DNA of 63,008 nucleotides, counting the filler, from Octopus bimaculoides (lineage: Eukaryota), in NCBI RefSeq assembly GCF_001194135.2. It is 6 parts of 5 records of this genome, joined end to end, with 100 filler letters (N's around TTAATTAATTAA, not from the genome) between each part and the next. Parts side by side here need not be neighbours in the genome. Positions count along the whole stretch, not along the records: positions 36,850 to 54,602 come from NC_068995.1; positions 54,703 to 56,431 come from NC_068982.1; positions 56,532 to 59,393 come from NC_068994.1; positions 59,494 to 63,008 come from NC_068993.1; 2 more parts are not named here. One strand, written 5' to 3'. This document shows, piece after piece, positions 52,380 to 63,008 of this stretch (position 1 is the stretch's first letter; each line of letters starts with the position of its first letter). Made by a program: the position numbers and the translations under genes. Below the pieces are notes generated by a model. It worked only from the letters and a program-made list of their open reading frames with translations, searched no databases and was not told the origin of the DNA.

Positions 52380-53500
52380 TATAAAAGTCATGTTCTTTTC
52401 AAAATATACTCCAAATGGCCTCCGCGGCGTTGGAGGGACACTTGCGTACGTCGCGCGAAATTGTCAATTACTCGAACACATTCCTCTTTGGGGATTTCCC
52501 TGATTTCTGCTACAATTGCTGCCTTCAGTTCACCAATCGCTTGAGAGTTGTTCTGGTATACATTATCCTTGAGATGCCCCCACAGATAAAAAAAAATGGT
52601 GTGGGAAAGGGGGGGGGGGTTCAAGTACGGTGAATGCGGTGCCCACTCAACATCACACTCCCTGCTGAGTAGTCTCTCCTGAAATCGCTCTCTCAGCCAG
52701 GCTAGCGAATCATTTGCTGCGTGGGGGTAGAGGGTGGTCCCGTCTTGCTGGAAACTTCTGTTCATCTCGATCTATCCCTCTGCGTCGTCCCAGTGACGCC
52801 AAAACTTCCTCAGCACTGTCACATAGCGCTCCGTATTCACCATTTGAGCTCTCTCATTTTCGACTTCAAACCAATATGGGCGGATGATGCCATGTTTAGA
52901 GACTGTTACCCATGCTGTGCACTTTCTTGAGTGTAACGACCTCTGAATCACTTCCTCCGGTGCAGATAAACATCAATAAACATTATTCTTGCTGTCTACA
53001 TGTGACAGCGTGGAGGCGCAATGGCCCACTGGTTAAGGCAGCGGACTCGCGCTCATAAGATCACGGTTTCGATTCCCAGACCGGGCATTTTGAGTGTTTA
53101 TTGAGCGAAAACACCTAAAGTTCCACGAGGCTCCGGCAGGGGATTGTGGCGAACCCTGCTGTACTCTTTAACCACAACTTTCTCTCACCCTTTCTTCCTG
53201 TTTCTGTTGTACCTGTAATTCAAAGGGTCAGCCTTGTCACACTGTGTCACGCTGAATCTCCCTGAGAACTACGTTAAGGGTACACGTGTCTGTGGAGTGC
53301 TCAACCGCTTGCACGTTAATTTCACGAGCAGGCTGTTCCGTTGATCGGATCAACTGGAACCCTCGACGTCGTAAGCGACGGAGTGCCAACAAACAAACAT
53401 GTGACAGCAAAAACTGCGCTTCGTTAGTGTATGATTTGTTGGCTAAATAGATATTCAGGCAAAATGTCTTTTCTTTGGTTGGCCAAGACATATTAGTGTA
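52380..53500 (-). mobile_element. Internally deleted DD41D/rosa-like Tc1-mariner transposase, split by a SINE
   Basis: MSWPTKEKTFCLNIYL...NEAQFLLSH|VDSKNNVY...QRSLHSRKCTAWVTVSKHGII.PYWF...FQQDG...WAPHSP.LNP...FYLWGHLKDNVY...RRGGHLE. Motif set and catalytic spacing are like DD41D; TIRs not identified. Confidence 0.8.
53010..53396 (+). mobile_element. SINE family C', full length with 12-bp TSD
   Basis: ACATGTGACAGC at 52998-53009 and 53397-53408. Distinct tRNA-like head; the 3' ~185 bp is shared with family C; AAAC tail. Confidence 0.93.
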
Positions 53501-53863
53501 GACTATTATTCCAATCTTTCATGCACACAGTTGACTTGTAGACCCTGAAACAGAAACGAAGAAAAATTAAAGGATCTTTTTTAAAACGGGTGCCACATTT
53601 TTCATTAATGTTTTACGTAGTGTTTTTGGTACCGAAAGACATTCAAACTTCGTATACTTATCTATTTTGTGTTATAGAACAGAAAAATATTTTCGTATTC
53701 GAATTTATTTCATATAAAAAATTGTCTTATTTCGATAATTTCAACCAATCACTGACAAGTATTCAGTTGTTTATATTTACTCCTTTGACTGATTAAGCGG
53801 TGTAAAGCGTATTTAATTTCCATAGCTTCGTTTTTCTTTTTTCTTTTTAAATTTGCTGTTTTA

Positions 53864-53892
53864 CCCTAACCCTAACCCTAACCCTAACCCTA
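53864..53892 (+). repeat. Short interstitial telomere-type repeat (CCCTAA)4+
   Basis: CCCTAACCCTAACCCTAACCCTAACCCTA. Confidence 0.9.
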
Positions 53893-54152
53893 TCACCGAT
53901 AGAATTGTTTNNNNNNNNNNNNNNNNNNNNNNNNNNNNNNNNNNNNNNNNNNNNNNNNNNNNNNNNNNNNNNNNNNNNNNNNNNNNNNNNNNNNNNNNNN
54001 NNNNNNNNNNNNNNNNNNNNNNNNNNNNNNNNNNNNNNNNNNNNNNNNNNNNNNNNNNNNNNNNNNNNNNNNNNNNNNNNNNNNNNNNNNNNNNNNNNNN
54101 NNNNNNNNNNNNNNNNNNNNNNNNNNNNNNNNNNNNNNNNNNNNNNNNNNNN

Positions 54153-54202
<50 letters not shown>

Positions 54203-54469
54203 AATGTATGTATGTATGTGTTATGTGCGTATGCATGTGTATATATATACGCACGTGCAAATACACTGACGTTATATAAACGATAAAAAAAACTGAAGAG
54301 GTAACAAAAAAATGCATGCTACACATTCTTAAATGCTTAGGACTGAAATAACAGCAGAAGTATTACACATGCACGTACATACGTATATAGAATACATTCC
54401 AGCATGAATATAAATACATATAACTGGTTCTGGAATTATGGGCGCCCGCATATATATGTGTGTGTGTGT

Positions 54470-54509
<40 letters not shown>

Positions 54510-54702
54510 TGCGTGTGTGCGCATTCTGTGTCAAATGTTTTCTTTCTTACATTGTTATTTTCACTTTTTAAATTTCTTTTCAATTCTGTTAGAATTTATA
54601 TANNNNNNNNNNNNNNNNNNNNNNNNNNNNNNNNNNNNNNNNNNNNTTAATTAATTAANNNNNNNNNNNNNNNNNNNNNNNNNNNNNNNNNNNNNNNNNN
54701 NN

Positions 54703-55242
54703 TAGAGAAAAGAACCAAAGTTCATGAACTCATCCATGAAAATCCACGGTCACATATAGAAAAATTTAATAAGTAAATACACTAAAAATAACTATAATAA
54801 AAGTAATAATCATAAAATAATAAGACGACTAATGTCAAGTTTATAATTTTCGATAAGATAAGTATTACATTCATTTTTTAATAATATTATTTTTCTTTCT
54901 TGATATAATAAGTATTTTTATATAAATTCATTTGTTATTTATTGTTGGTTGATATATATATATATATATACATGCATTTTATTAATATCATTGTTGTATT
55001 TTGACCTGAAGATTAGCTATATTTTTGAATAGAATTGATTTTCGATCGATTTAATCGATTTGATTATACTTTATTTTCGATTTTAAAATTTGGTTATGAA
55101 ACACGTGTAGTCGTTTTATCATTTTATAATTATTACTTTGTATTTTATTATAGTTCTTTTTAGTGTATTTATTTATTAAATTTTTGTATATGTGACTGTG
55201 GATTTTCATGGATGAGTTCATGAACTTTGGTTCTTTTCTCTA
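54703..55242. mobile_element. Long inverted repeat / foldback MITE-like element
   Basis: 54703-54831 is the reverse complement of 55108-55242 with scattered mismatches; AT-rich ~275-bp spacer. Confidence 0.7.
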
Positions 55243-55363
55243 AATTATATATATATTTACGTTTAATATATATATATATATATATATATTCAAGGGGTGG
55301 CAACAACAAGCAACAATGCGTGCGCGCGTGTGTGTGTGTGACAGCAATAATAATAATAATAAT

Positions 55364-55738
55364 AGCACTCAGAGATCGCAAACCTCTGCCAAGGCAACAC
55401 CAAAGTCCTCTCAACGATTAGCCAGAGAGGATCTTTTAAATGAGAATATCTGAAATAAACTCGCCTGCTCTCACGAACGAGAATACTAAAAATGAACCCC
55501 ACTGCTTTCAATAATTAAGTAAAAAAAACCGGAAAAATAATCCAGAATCCTTGTCTGGTACCGGATCGATTCCAAAATCTAATTAGTTCGTGCCAGTCAC
55601 GAGGCCAAACTTCCCTGAATGTTTCATCCGAATCCATCAAGCAGTTCTTGAAATATCTTGTCTACGGCCAAATAAACAAGCAAACAAAAAATACGACTGA
55701 AAACAATACTTTCGCCTTCGCTAAGGCGGAGGCAATAA
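55364..55738 (+). mobile_element. Possible non-autonomous Helentron (HINE/DINE-like) element
   Basis: 5' AGCACTCAGAGATCGCAAACCTCTGCCAAGG, internal (AAAC)-like tract, and 3' stem-loop ACTTTCGCCTT-CGCT-AAGGCGGAGGC followed by AATAA. Confidence 0.45.
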
Positions 55739-55740
55739 AG

Positions 55741-56003
55741 GATATGAGAAACGTGTAGATAAAATACCAGGAGACCCATCTCACAAAGAAATCCAAAAGA
55801 CTGTTTTGAGAGGTACTACCCACGTCCTTAGAAAAACACCATCAAATTAAACGTGTTGTATTATATGAATATATTTCTGTACAATTCTCCCCACTTTCCC
55901 TCCGCAAACTTTCAATTACATCTAAACATCCTTTGACCTTAACTTACTATAGGGTGTGAGTGTGACCTGGCAAGTGATTGTTTCAGACATGCGCTCTGTC
56001 GGA
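55741..56003 (+). mobile_element. R4/Dong-like LINE 3' end (same lineage as copy d)
   Basis: KRVDKIPGDPSHKEIQKTVLRGTTHVLRKT..* and a 3' UTR alignable to the reverse complement of 12005-12200. Confidence 0.75.
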
Positions 56004-56165
56004 GACAGCTAGGATTTTGTGATTGGCTCTTGGGCGTTGAGTATCTTGCACGATACTTAACACTTGAGTTCCAAGTTTTATAATCTGAGACCTTGACAAC
56101 AGAATACTGTCCATTCTCACAGAATTAACCAGAGGAAGTAAGACTGTGAGATCTAAGAAGTAAAA

Positions 56166-56199
<34 letters not shown>

Positions 56200-56201
<2 letters not shown>

Positions 56202-56431
56202 AATAATAATAATAATTAATTCGTTTTATTGGCCACAAGGGCTAATATCAATTAAAAACATATAAGGACAAAGACCGGACGAAGGTTACAAAAGGTTTTG
56301 TCCGAAAAGGTAGGAAAGTTCGTCTAAACAGAGGAACTTTTACATTACCTTTTTTTTTTCTATTTTTTTTTCTACAGGTGTATTCTCAGAATTGGTCCGT
56401 TTATACTGGCCATTCTTCCAACAGTCACCCA
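56200..56431 (-). mobile_element. Probable Tx1/L1-clade LINE 3' end with (ATT)n tail
   Basis: Minus strand WVTVGRMASINGPILRIHL*, then UTR ending GCCCTTGTGGCCAATAAAACGAATTAATTATTATT. Confidence 0.5.
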
Positions 56432-56810
56432 NNNNNNNNNNNNNNNNNNNNNNNNNNNNNNNNNNNNNNNNNNNNTTAATTAATTAANNNNNNNNNNNNN
56501 NNNNNNNNNNNNNNNNNNNNNNNNNNNNNNNTACTTTCGCTGGCCTATTTATTCCCATTGTACTCCTCGTACATATTCTTCATTTGTGTTTCTATTCCAT
56601 GTTTATAATGAAATATAAGGATAAAATCTATATCAGGTTTGAGAAAGTAGTTTGACTTTAACGTCACTGTCCAGCGTGTGGCTTTATTTACAGTAACAGC
56701 CCTTAATGTAATACATATATACATATATACGCGCACGCGTACACACACATACACAAATACACTCACACACACATGTACACACACACATACACACACACAC
56801 ACACACACAC

Positions 56811-56905
56811 CTCTTTTACCGACCCGCTAAGATAAGGGAGGTAAACACACCAACACCGGATGTCAATCGGTGGTGGGAGACAAACACAGACACAAAGACA
56901 CACAC
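56811..56905 (-). mobile_element. SINE family A middle segment
   Basis: Reverse complement TTGACATCCGGTGTTGGTGTGTTTACCTCCCTTATCTTAGCGGGTCGGTAAAAGAG matches 3464-3505 and 38600-38665. Confidence 0.7.
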
Positions 56906-57850
56906 AACACACACACACACACGAACACACACACACAGACGCACACACACACACACATACACACACACAATATGTATTTTATCTATACGTGTATATGTGT
57001 ATCTTTCTCTGATTTGATATAAAATCCAGCATGCTAATGATAAAGCAGCGGTTGATGAACTAAGATTATTGACACACATGGAACTAACAAAACACTCCTT
57101 TGTCTTTTCTAACATGAGAAATGAAATGAGATAGTAATTGGCCCGTTGCAAACCAGTAATAACTAAATGATGATTTATTTGATGAAAACAAAACAATGAA
57201 GATTTTTAAATAAATACCTGTACCAATATTTTAAAGTAATATTTCAATGAATTTTCCATTTCTCCTCTCTCTTACTCCTCGGGAAATATATTAAATTAAT
57301 TTCTCGCCCTACATCTTTGAGAGCCATTGACCTTACACTGTCTGCAATTATATTGAGTAGGAGACAGACAATTATTTTACACAAAACAACCGCAAGCTTT
57401 CTTCTACACAACATATGCCAACAAAAAAAAAAAAAAGAAAAACAAGCTATGTATATACAGGTACAAAAATGTTGTTACATAGTTTTCTGAGCAATCTATG
57501 AATGTGAGTGACTTGTTAATGAGTGCGTATCTGAACATTAGTGTGCATATATGTACGTGTGTGCGTATTTCAGTATGCGAACGTGTGATTATAAGAGGCT
57601 GTGAATCTATGTTATTCTAATACAAAAGATTTACATGTCTACTGAGGATATTCCATCAATTAGACAGCCTGTCAATGGTAATGGAGCTTTCATCTTCTTA
57701 CTTTTTACTATGCATTTAACCATAATGCTAATAAATACATGTGTATGTGTGTTTGTGAGCTTCAGTGCATATATGTGTTGTGCGTGTGAGTGTACCTGTG
57801 TATAAGTATGTGTGATTTCGTATGTGTGTGTGTGCAAGCATGATCGTATA

Positions 57851-57935
57851 TTAGTGCATTTGCAAGAAATTAGGTAAATAAGTAAAAGGATGATGTACTC
57901 AATTAGTGCATTGGCCAGAAATTAGGTAAATAAAT
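57851..57935 (+). repeat. Local direct duplication, 52-bp period
   Basis: TTAGTGCATT(T/G)GC(A/C)AGAAATTAGGTAAATAA at 57851 and 57903. Confidence 0.8.
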
Positions 57936-58062
57936 AAATGTACCGAATGACGAACGTAAAACAAAAACAATTAAAATTTTCGTTTTATTTAGAGAAGGAA
58001 GATAAAAACCTAGAGGTTTTAGAAAGGGGAGATAATTACAAGAAATACACAATAAATATATG

Positions 58063-58190
58063 TACAGGGGTTGGACAAAACCCCTTAAAATTTCAAATAA
58101 ATTTAATTTAATATTGGGTTGGACCGCCTTTGGCAGTAATTACAGCTTGAATTCTACGAGGTATGGACTCGTACAAAGTTTGAATTCTTT
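58063..58190 (-). mobile_element. Tc1-family transposon 3' end
   Basis: Minus strand IQTLYESIPRRIQAVITAKGGPTQY* (typical Tc1 C-terminus), then terminal TTTTGTCCAACCCCTG+TA. Confidence 0.8.
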
Positions 58191-58868
58191 CCAAAGGGGA
58201 AGTTGTTGTGTTAAATCGGGAGAGGGTTTACATCTACCACCCAAGAATAAGGGCTGCCTTGGTATATTAGAAATGTACGTGCTGTTCTCAGCGTAAAACC
58301 TAGATATGGCTGTGGAATTAACAAATTGGCTTCAATTTCAAATCATTGATGTCCAGGTCACAAAAGCAAAATCTGAAGGCAATTTTAGTCAGTTCTTTTG
58401 ATTTCTATATAAAAGCAAATAGGAAATAACACTTACTGATCAAAAACAACAACAAAATAAAGAAATAAAATAGAATTTTTGCTACACAACGTTACTACTA
58501 TATCCAAGAGTACAGCATTACATCAGAGTAGAAAGAGTCCTAAGAAAAAACGAAATATATCATCTTAAAACAACGAACAGCTTTCCTTCTCAATAATTAT
58601 TGTTCTTACAATTTGTCGACTGGGAAGAATTTGAGCGTATGAAACAAATCTTAAACATGAAGATGTTTACGACCAATCAAGTGTAAATAGTGTAGTCATG
58701 TGATTATTGGGGGAAACGGACCAGTAAACAGTACTGGTGCTACTGACGTGTATGTAGATGATTTGTCATTGATGTATATCAAATCAGATTAGTTGATCAA
58801 CAAGCATCATTTAAATATGTGGCGAAACCTAGCAGCTATTACGAATACATTTACATTCAATGATTATT

Positions 58869-58902
<34 letters not shown>

Positions 58903-59070
58903 TTGTCTGTGTGTGTTTGTGTGTATGTGTGGATGTGTTTATGTACGTGAGCTTATACATATATCTCATGTGCGTATATATCTGTATGCGAATGTATATA
59001 TATATGCATGCACATATACATGAGTAAATGCATATATATATACATATGTGTGCGTGTGAGTATGTATATA

Positions 59071-59107
<37 letters not shown>

Positions 59108-59711
59108 NNNNNNNNNNATATATATATATATATACGTGTGTATGTATGTATATATATATATATATATGCATATAAATATGTGTATATGTATATGTATGAG
59201 TATATATGTTTCTATACACACACCCCTACACACAAACACACACACACGCACACACATACATATACATATACACCCGTATAGACAGGCGTACATAGAACTA
59301 AATCTCTCAATGTATTGAAATGTGTATGTGTATACATGTATTTATGTGAATATGTATATACATATATGCATGCCTATATATATATATATATATNNNNNNN
59401 NNNNNNNNNNNNNNNNNNNNNNNNNNNNNNNNNNNNNTTAATTAATTAANNNNNNNNNNNNNNNNNNNNNNNNNNNNNNNNNNNNNNNNNNNNTATATAT
59501 GTATATACGTGCATATATACACACTTGGGTGTGTGCATCGACAGTTTAGCCCACACACCAACTCAGCCACATATTTATAAACATCGGGAACTCCCTTAAC
59601 TTAAAAAGATTTGTCCTTTTGTTAGCGACCGGCTTGAAAACTCTCAAGCTGAACACATACATACATACATACATGCATGGGTGAATGAAAATATTTCTTA
59701 CAATGGCACCT

Positions 59712-60290
59712 GCAACAAAACACGTGTCACTAAAGAATATTACAAGCGAATAAAGAAACTTTGAACTTCAGAACTCTCTGCATTCAATAAGACAATGGCT
59801 CACAATGTGTTTGCAGTGTCAGAACACTAACATTTGGGCTGCTTGATTGGAAGCTTGATGAGATCCGAGCCATTGATGTGAAAACCTGAAAAATACTAAC
59901 AAGCACACATAACTTCCACATAAACAGTGACGTAGACAGCTTATTATCTAAAACGATAACAAGGCGACAGAGGCTTAACATCGATCCAAAATGCTTCTGA
60001 ATGTCGTATCATATCCCTTCGGCAACATCTTTTAACCACCAAGTGTCGAAGTGCATCCCTTGACCAAGTTTGCGTATACGAGGCTGATCACATCATAAGA
60101 CTTGGAAGGCAGCTCCTTGAGCAACACTCTTTGTCTGATAACCTAGAATACATTTTGATGACTTTGTTAGCGATCAGTTTGAACTTAAAGAAGAACTCAA
60201 AGGATAACCATACATATAGGTGTACGCTTGAATGCTAAACCTCTCTCAATCAGCACATCAGTTGGTCACACTCACTCTGACAATATGTTT
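59712..60290 (+). mobile_element. R4-like LINE internal fragment (post-RT thumb region)
   Basis: VTKEYYKRIKKL*TSELSAFNKTMAHNVFAV...TFGLLDWKLDEIRAIDVKT*KIL...FHINSDVD.LY...GDRGL; resembles the R4-clade EY..R..K...N...AIN..AV...DW...DVDRLY..R..GGRGL region. Confidence 0.75.
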
Positions 60291-60579
60291 ACCTCGTCAT
60301 AGGTTTGTCTCGTCAGTTTTTTTCTCATTCTAGCACGTCTTCAGTCGCATCGCTTTCTCTGTTCACGAATTCTTTTGATAAATAAGCAAAAAAATAGGTC
60401 ATCAAAGACACTCTTACAGCGTAAATGACTTACAACAACAACATTAATAATAACAGTAATAATAATAATACAAACTATTAGATGCATTCAAATATTCAAA
60501 TCAAATTTTTATTCTGAGAAATATTTTATCCGAGAAACTGTTTTAAAACATGTTAGGTGTACTATATAAGTACAATCAC

Positions 60580-60635
<56 letters not shown>

Positions 60636-60949
60636 AAAATACACTACTATCTTGATAATGTCATTAAATTTCCTTTTAATCTTATTTTCAGCTTCTAGAT
60701 TTTTCTCGCGTCACCCACATTCCCCCTCATCTTATAGACATATATATATATATATATATANNNNNNNNNNNNNNNNNNNNNNNNNNNNNNNNNNNNNNNN
60801 NNNNNNNNNNNNNNNNNNNNNNNNNNNNNNNNNNNNNNNNNNNNNNNNNNNNNNNNNNNNNNNNNNNNNNNNNNNNNNNNNNNNNNNNNNNNNNNNNNNN
60901 NNNNNNNNNNNNNNNNTGTTTATGCACATTTGTGTGTGTGTATCTTTGA

Positions 60950-60981
<32 letters not shown>

Positions 60982-61327
60982 GCATGTCTCACCAGATTTG
61001 TTGTTATTTGACATATTTGATGCTATAACCATAAATATTTCAACATTCATTTCATTATTGCGTTTACTTCAGACAGCATCTCGGTTTCGTTTGTTATATA
61101 TAGATTCTTGTTTTAATATTGTACTTTATTCTCTAATTGGACCACATTTACTTATATCATACAGCTGTCCATTGCAATAAACTTTATTCTGTAGAACTGC
61201 CCATAGTTTTGAACTTCGTTCTAAATATCTTACACGTTCGATCCAAGACTCAAGAGAGCGACGTATTCAGTCAACGTTTAAATGTTTCAGAGTGAATTTT
61301 TGTTCAATATTTACCATTGTCGAAAAA

Positions 61328-61532
61328 CACTGTATTTTTTTTTTTTACTTATAAGTCAAACTTTCAGATCAAAATTTATTGTAAAAAAAAAAGGTAGGTC
61401 GACTTATGCACCAAGACGACTTTGAAGGACCAAAAATTCCATGTGAAATACAGCAGGATTAGGAGAGATAGTGACGATGTTTGAATGTTTACACTATATA
61501 CTACATCGATTTGTATGCTGGAAAATATGGTA
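61328..61532. mobile_element. Possible degenerate Tc1-mariner/pogo-type MITE
   Basis: Ends resemble TACCGTATTTT...TATAAGTCG and TCGA(C/T)TT.TA.GC.GGAAAATA(C/T)GGTA; internal GTCGACTTAT repeat. Confidence 0.35.
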
Positions 61533-63008
61533 AACACTTCTAGACACTTAAATGCCGATCACACAATAATTATTCAGTCTACTTGTTTGTTCTTTTTGAT
61601 ATCAAATTTTATAAAATAAATCTTTAAAAAATTGTTTTTGCTATTATGGTTTAGCCACAATCAGTTCTGATCGAGCAGATGTCTGATTTATACTGTCCAC
61701 CCAAGACCAAATCTTTTTCCTTTTTTTTGTGTGTCGGATATTGCGTTCTACTCAAGCTTAGCTTATCTGATGTAAGGTGTGATTTGAGAGGAATATGGCG
61801 GTTATTTCTTAGCATGGTGAAGAACCACATACAGACTCACTCGCTGCCTTGAACTGTTGTTCTTATATTTGTTTTTATTGCTTACCTTCAGGTGAAACAT
61901 GAGTTAATAGGTTTATGATGAAATGCATTCCAGTCGTAACTATCCAAACGAAAACTATCGTTTTCCTATATGCAGCGAACACAGAACCAAATTATTTAAT
62001 GCCTGTCTTCTGAGACAGTAGTGTGAGATTTGAGAAATGATTCACTGTTATTTGTAGTAGATTAAGCGACCACATAGAGACTCCCTTGTTGAATTGTTCT
62101 TTAAGAAGTGTTCGCCTTCGTTTTTCTATGGTGTGGAAATATTTTTGTAGTTGTTAGTTAACTCCAGAAAGTCTTGCTGAAAAACTGAGAAACACTACTA
62201 ATTTTATGTCTTCTTTTTCTTCAGATTCAGTATATCAAGGGTTACTTTCAAGGTGTCTTTCCTAGTGAATTGATCGAGTATTAATTGTTTTTCGTAACAG
62301 GTGGAGAAACAACTTCGAGGATTCTTCTTGATTGAAGTGTGGAGACGAGTTTTCTACCACAGATTATCTGTTTTCTGAAATATATTCTGTAATTCTTCAT
62401 CTAATTGATTATACTTGATCCGATAAAATACCAGAGTTGTCAGCAATAGACTCATTTGCAATTATTTTTTCTAAGAAACGTTTTAGTGATATACAAACTC
62501 TCAGTATGATATTAGTAAGCAATAGACAGATGTGAATGTTATTGAAATGTAGCAATGGTCGAGCTTAATGTTCTAGAATATATATTTTTCTGTGAGGTTG
62601 GGCAAACTAAGATGTTTCTTTGAGAGAAAATGTTCCCGTAGCAGTTGACAAAAAACATATAACAGTTAAGATCAATACACAAAAGCTGCATAACGAGTCC
62701 AAACTATTTTGCGGTCATGTATGGCTGTGTGTAGCATATATGTTTGTGTGTTTTTGCGTGTTTGTGTCTCTGCTTGTGTATGTAGAACTGTGCGTGTGTG
62801 TAAATCAGTCGATTTATTGAACGACAGTATATAACAAGGGATGTTTAGATAAATATAAAAAGGCCCAGGGGTGGAGAGAGAAGGAATGCGTGGGAGAGTG
62901 AGAGTGAGGAAATGCACGCCTGATTTTCTTAACGAATGTGGATTTTTTGTGAATGCATTGTAGTAAAAAAATATATATGCAAAATTATATGTAGATAGAT
63001 GTATATAT

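Noticed and set aside
56348-56431. Strong-looking 3' splice site (poly-T...CTACAG) with an open downstream exon
   Set aside because: Better explained as the antisense of an A-rich 3' UTR and ORF end of the minus-strand LINE fragment; it also runs into a gap.

Overview
This is AT-rich, microsatellite-dense eukaryotic genomic DNA from a gapped short-read assembly. The repeat signatures (three tRNA-derived SINE families, Penelope-type terminal motifs, very dense di/tri/tetranucleotide repeats) look like an octopus/coleoid cephalopod genome; that assignment is an inference. I could not identify any host protein-coding gene, rRNA, true tRNA gene or CRISPR array. Almost all ORF-track entries are translations of microsatellites or N-gaps. 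All recognisable coding sequence is from decayed transposable elements: about nine fragments of R4/Dong-type restriction-like-endonuclease (RLE) non-LTR retrotransposons, Penelope-like GIY-YIG fragments with hammerhead-like terminal motifs, a Helitron helicase fragment with a hairpin-CTAG end, a full-length dead mariner with TIRs and TA duplication, a DD41D/rosa-like and a Tc1 transposase fragment, MITEs, CR1/L2-like and Tx1/L1-like 3' ends, and a two-copy RTE-like 3' end encoding tandem C2H2 fingers. The most notable structure is head-to-tail chains of different 5'-truncated R4-like elements, nearly all bounded by (AAT)n on their sense strand (10.3-12.8 kb and 15.3-16.6 kb), which suggests microsatellite-targeted insertion. 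Also notable are a 117-nt near-perfect hairpin at 32.4 kb and modular SINEs that swap heads and tails and carry an internal microsatellite. Family assignments come from my motif recognition, not database searches.
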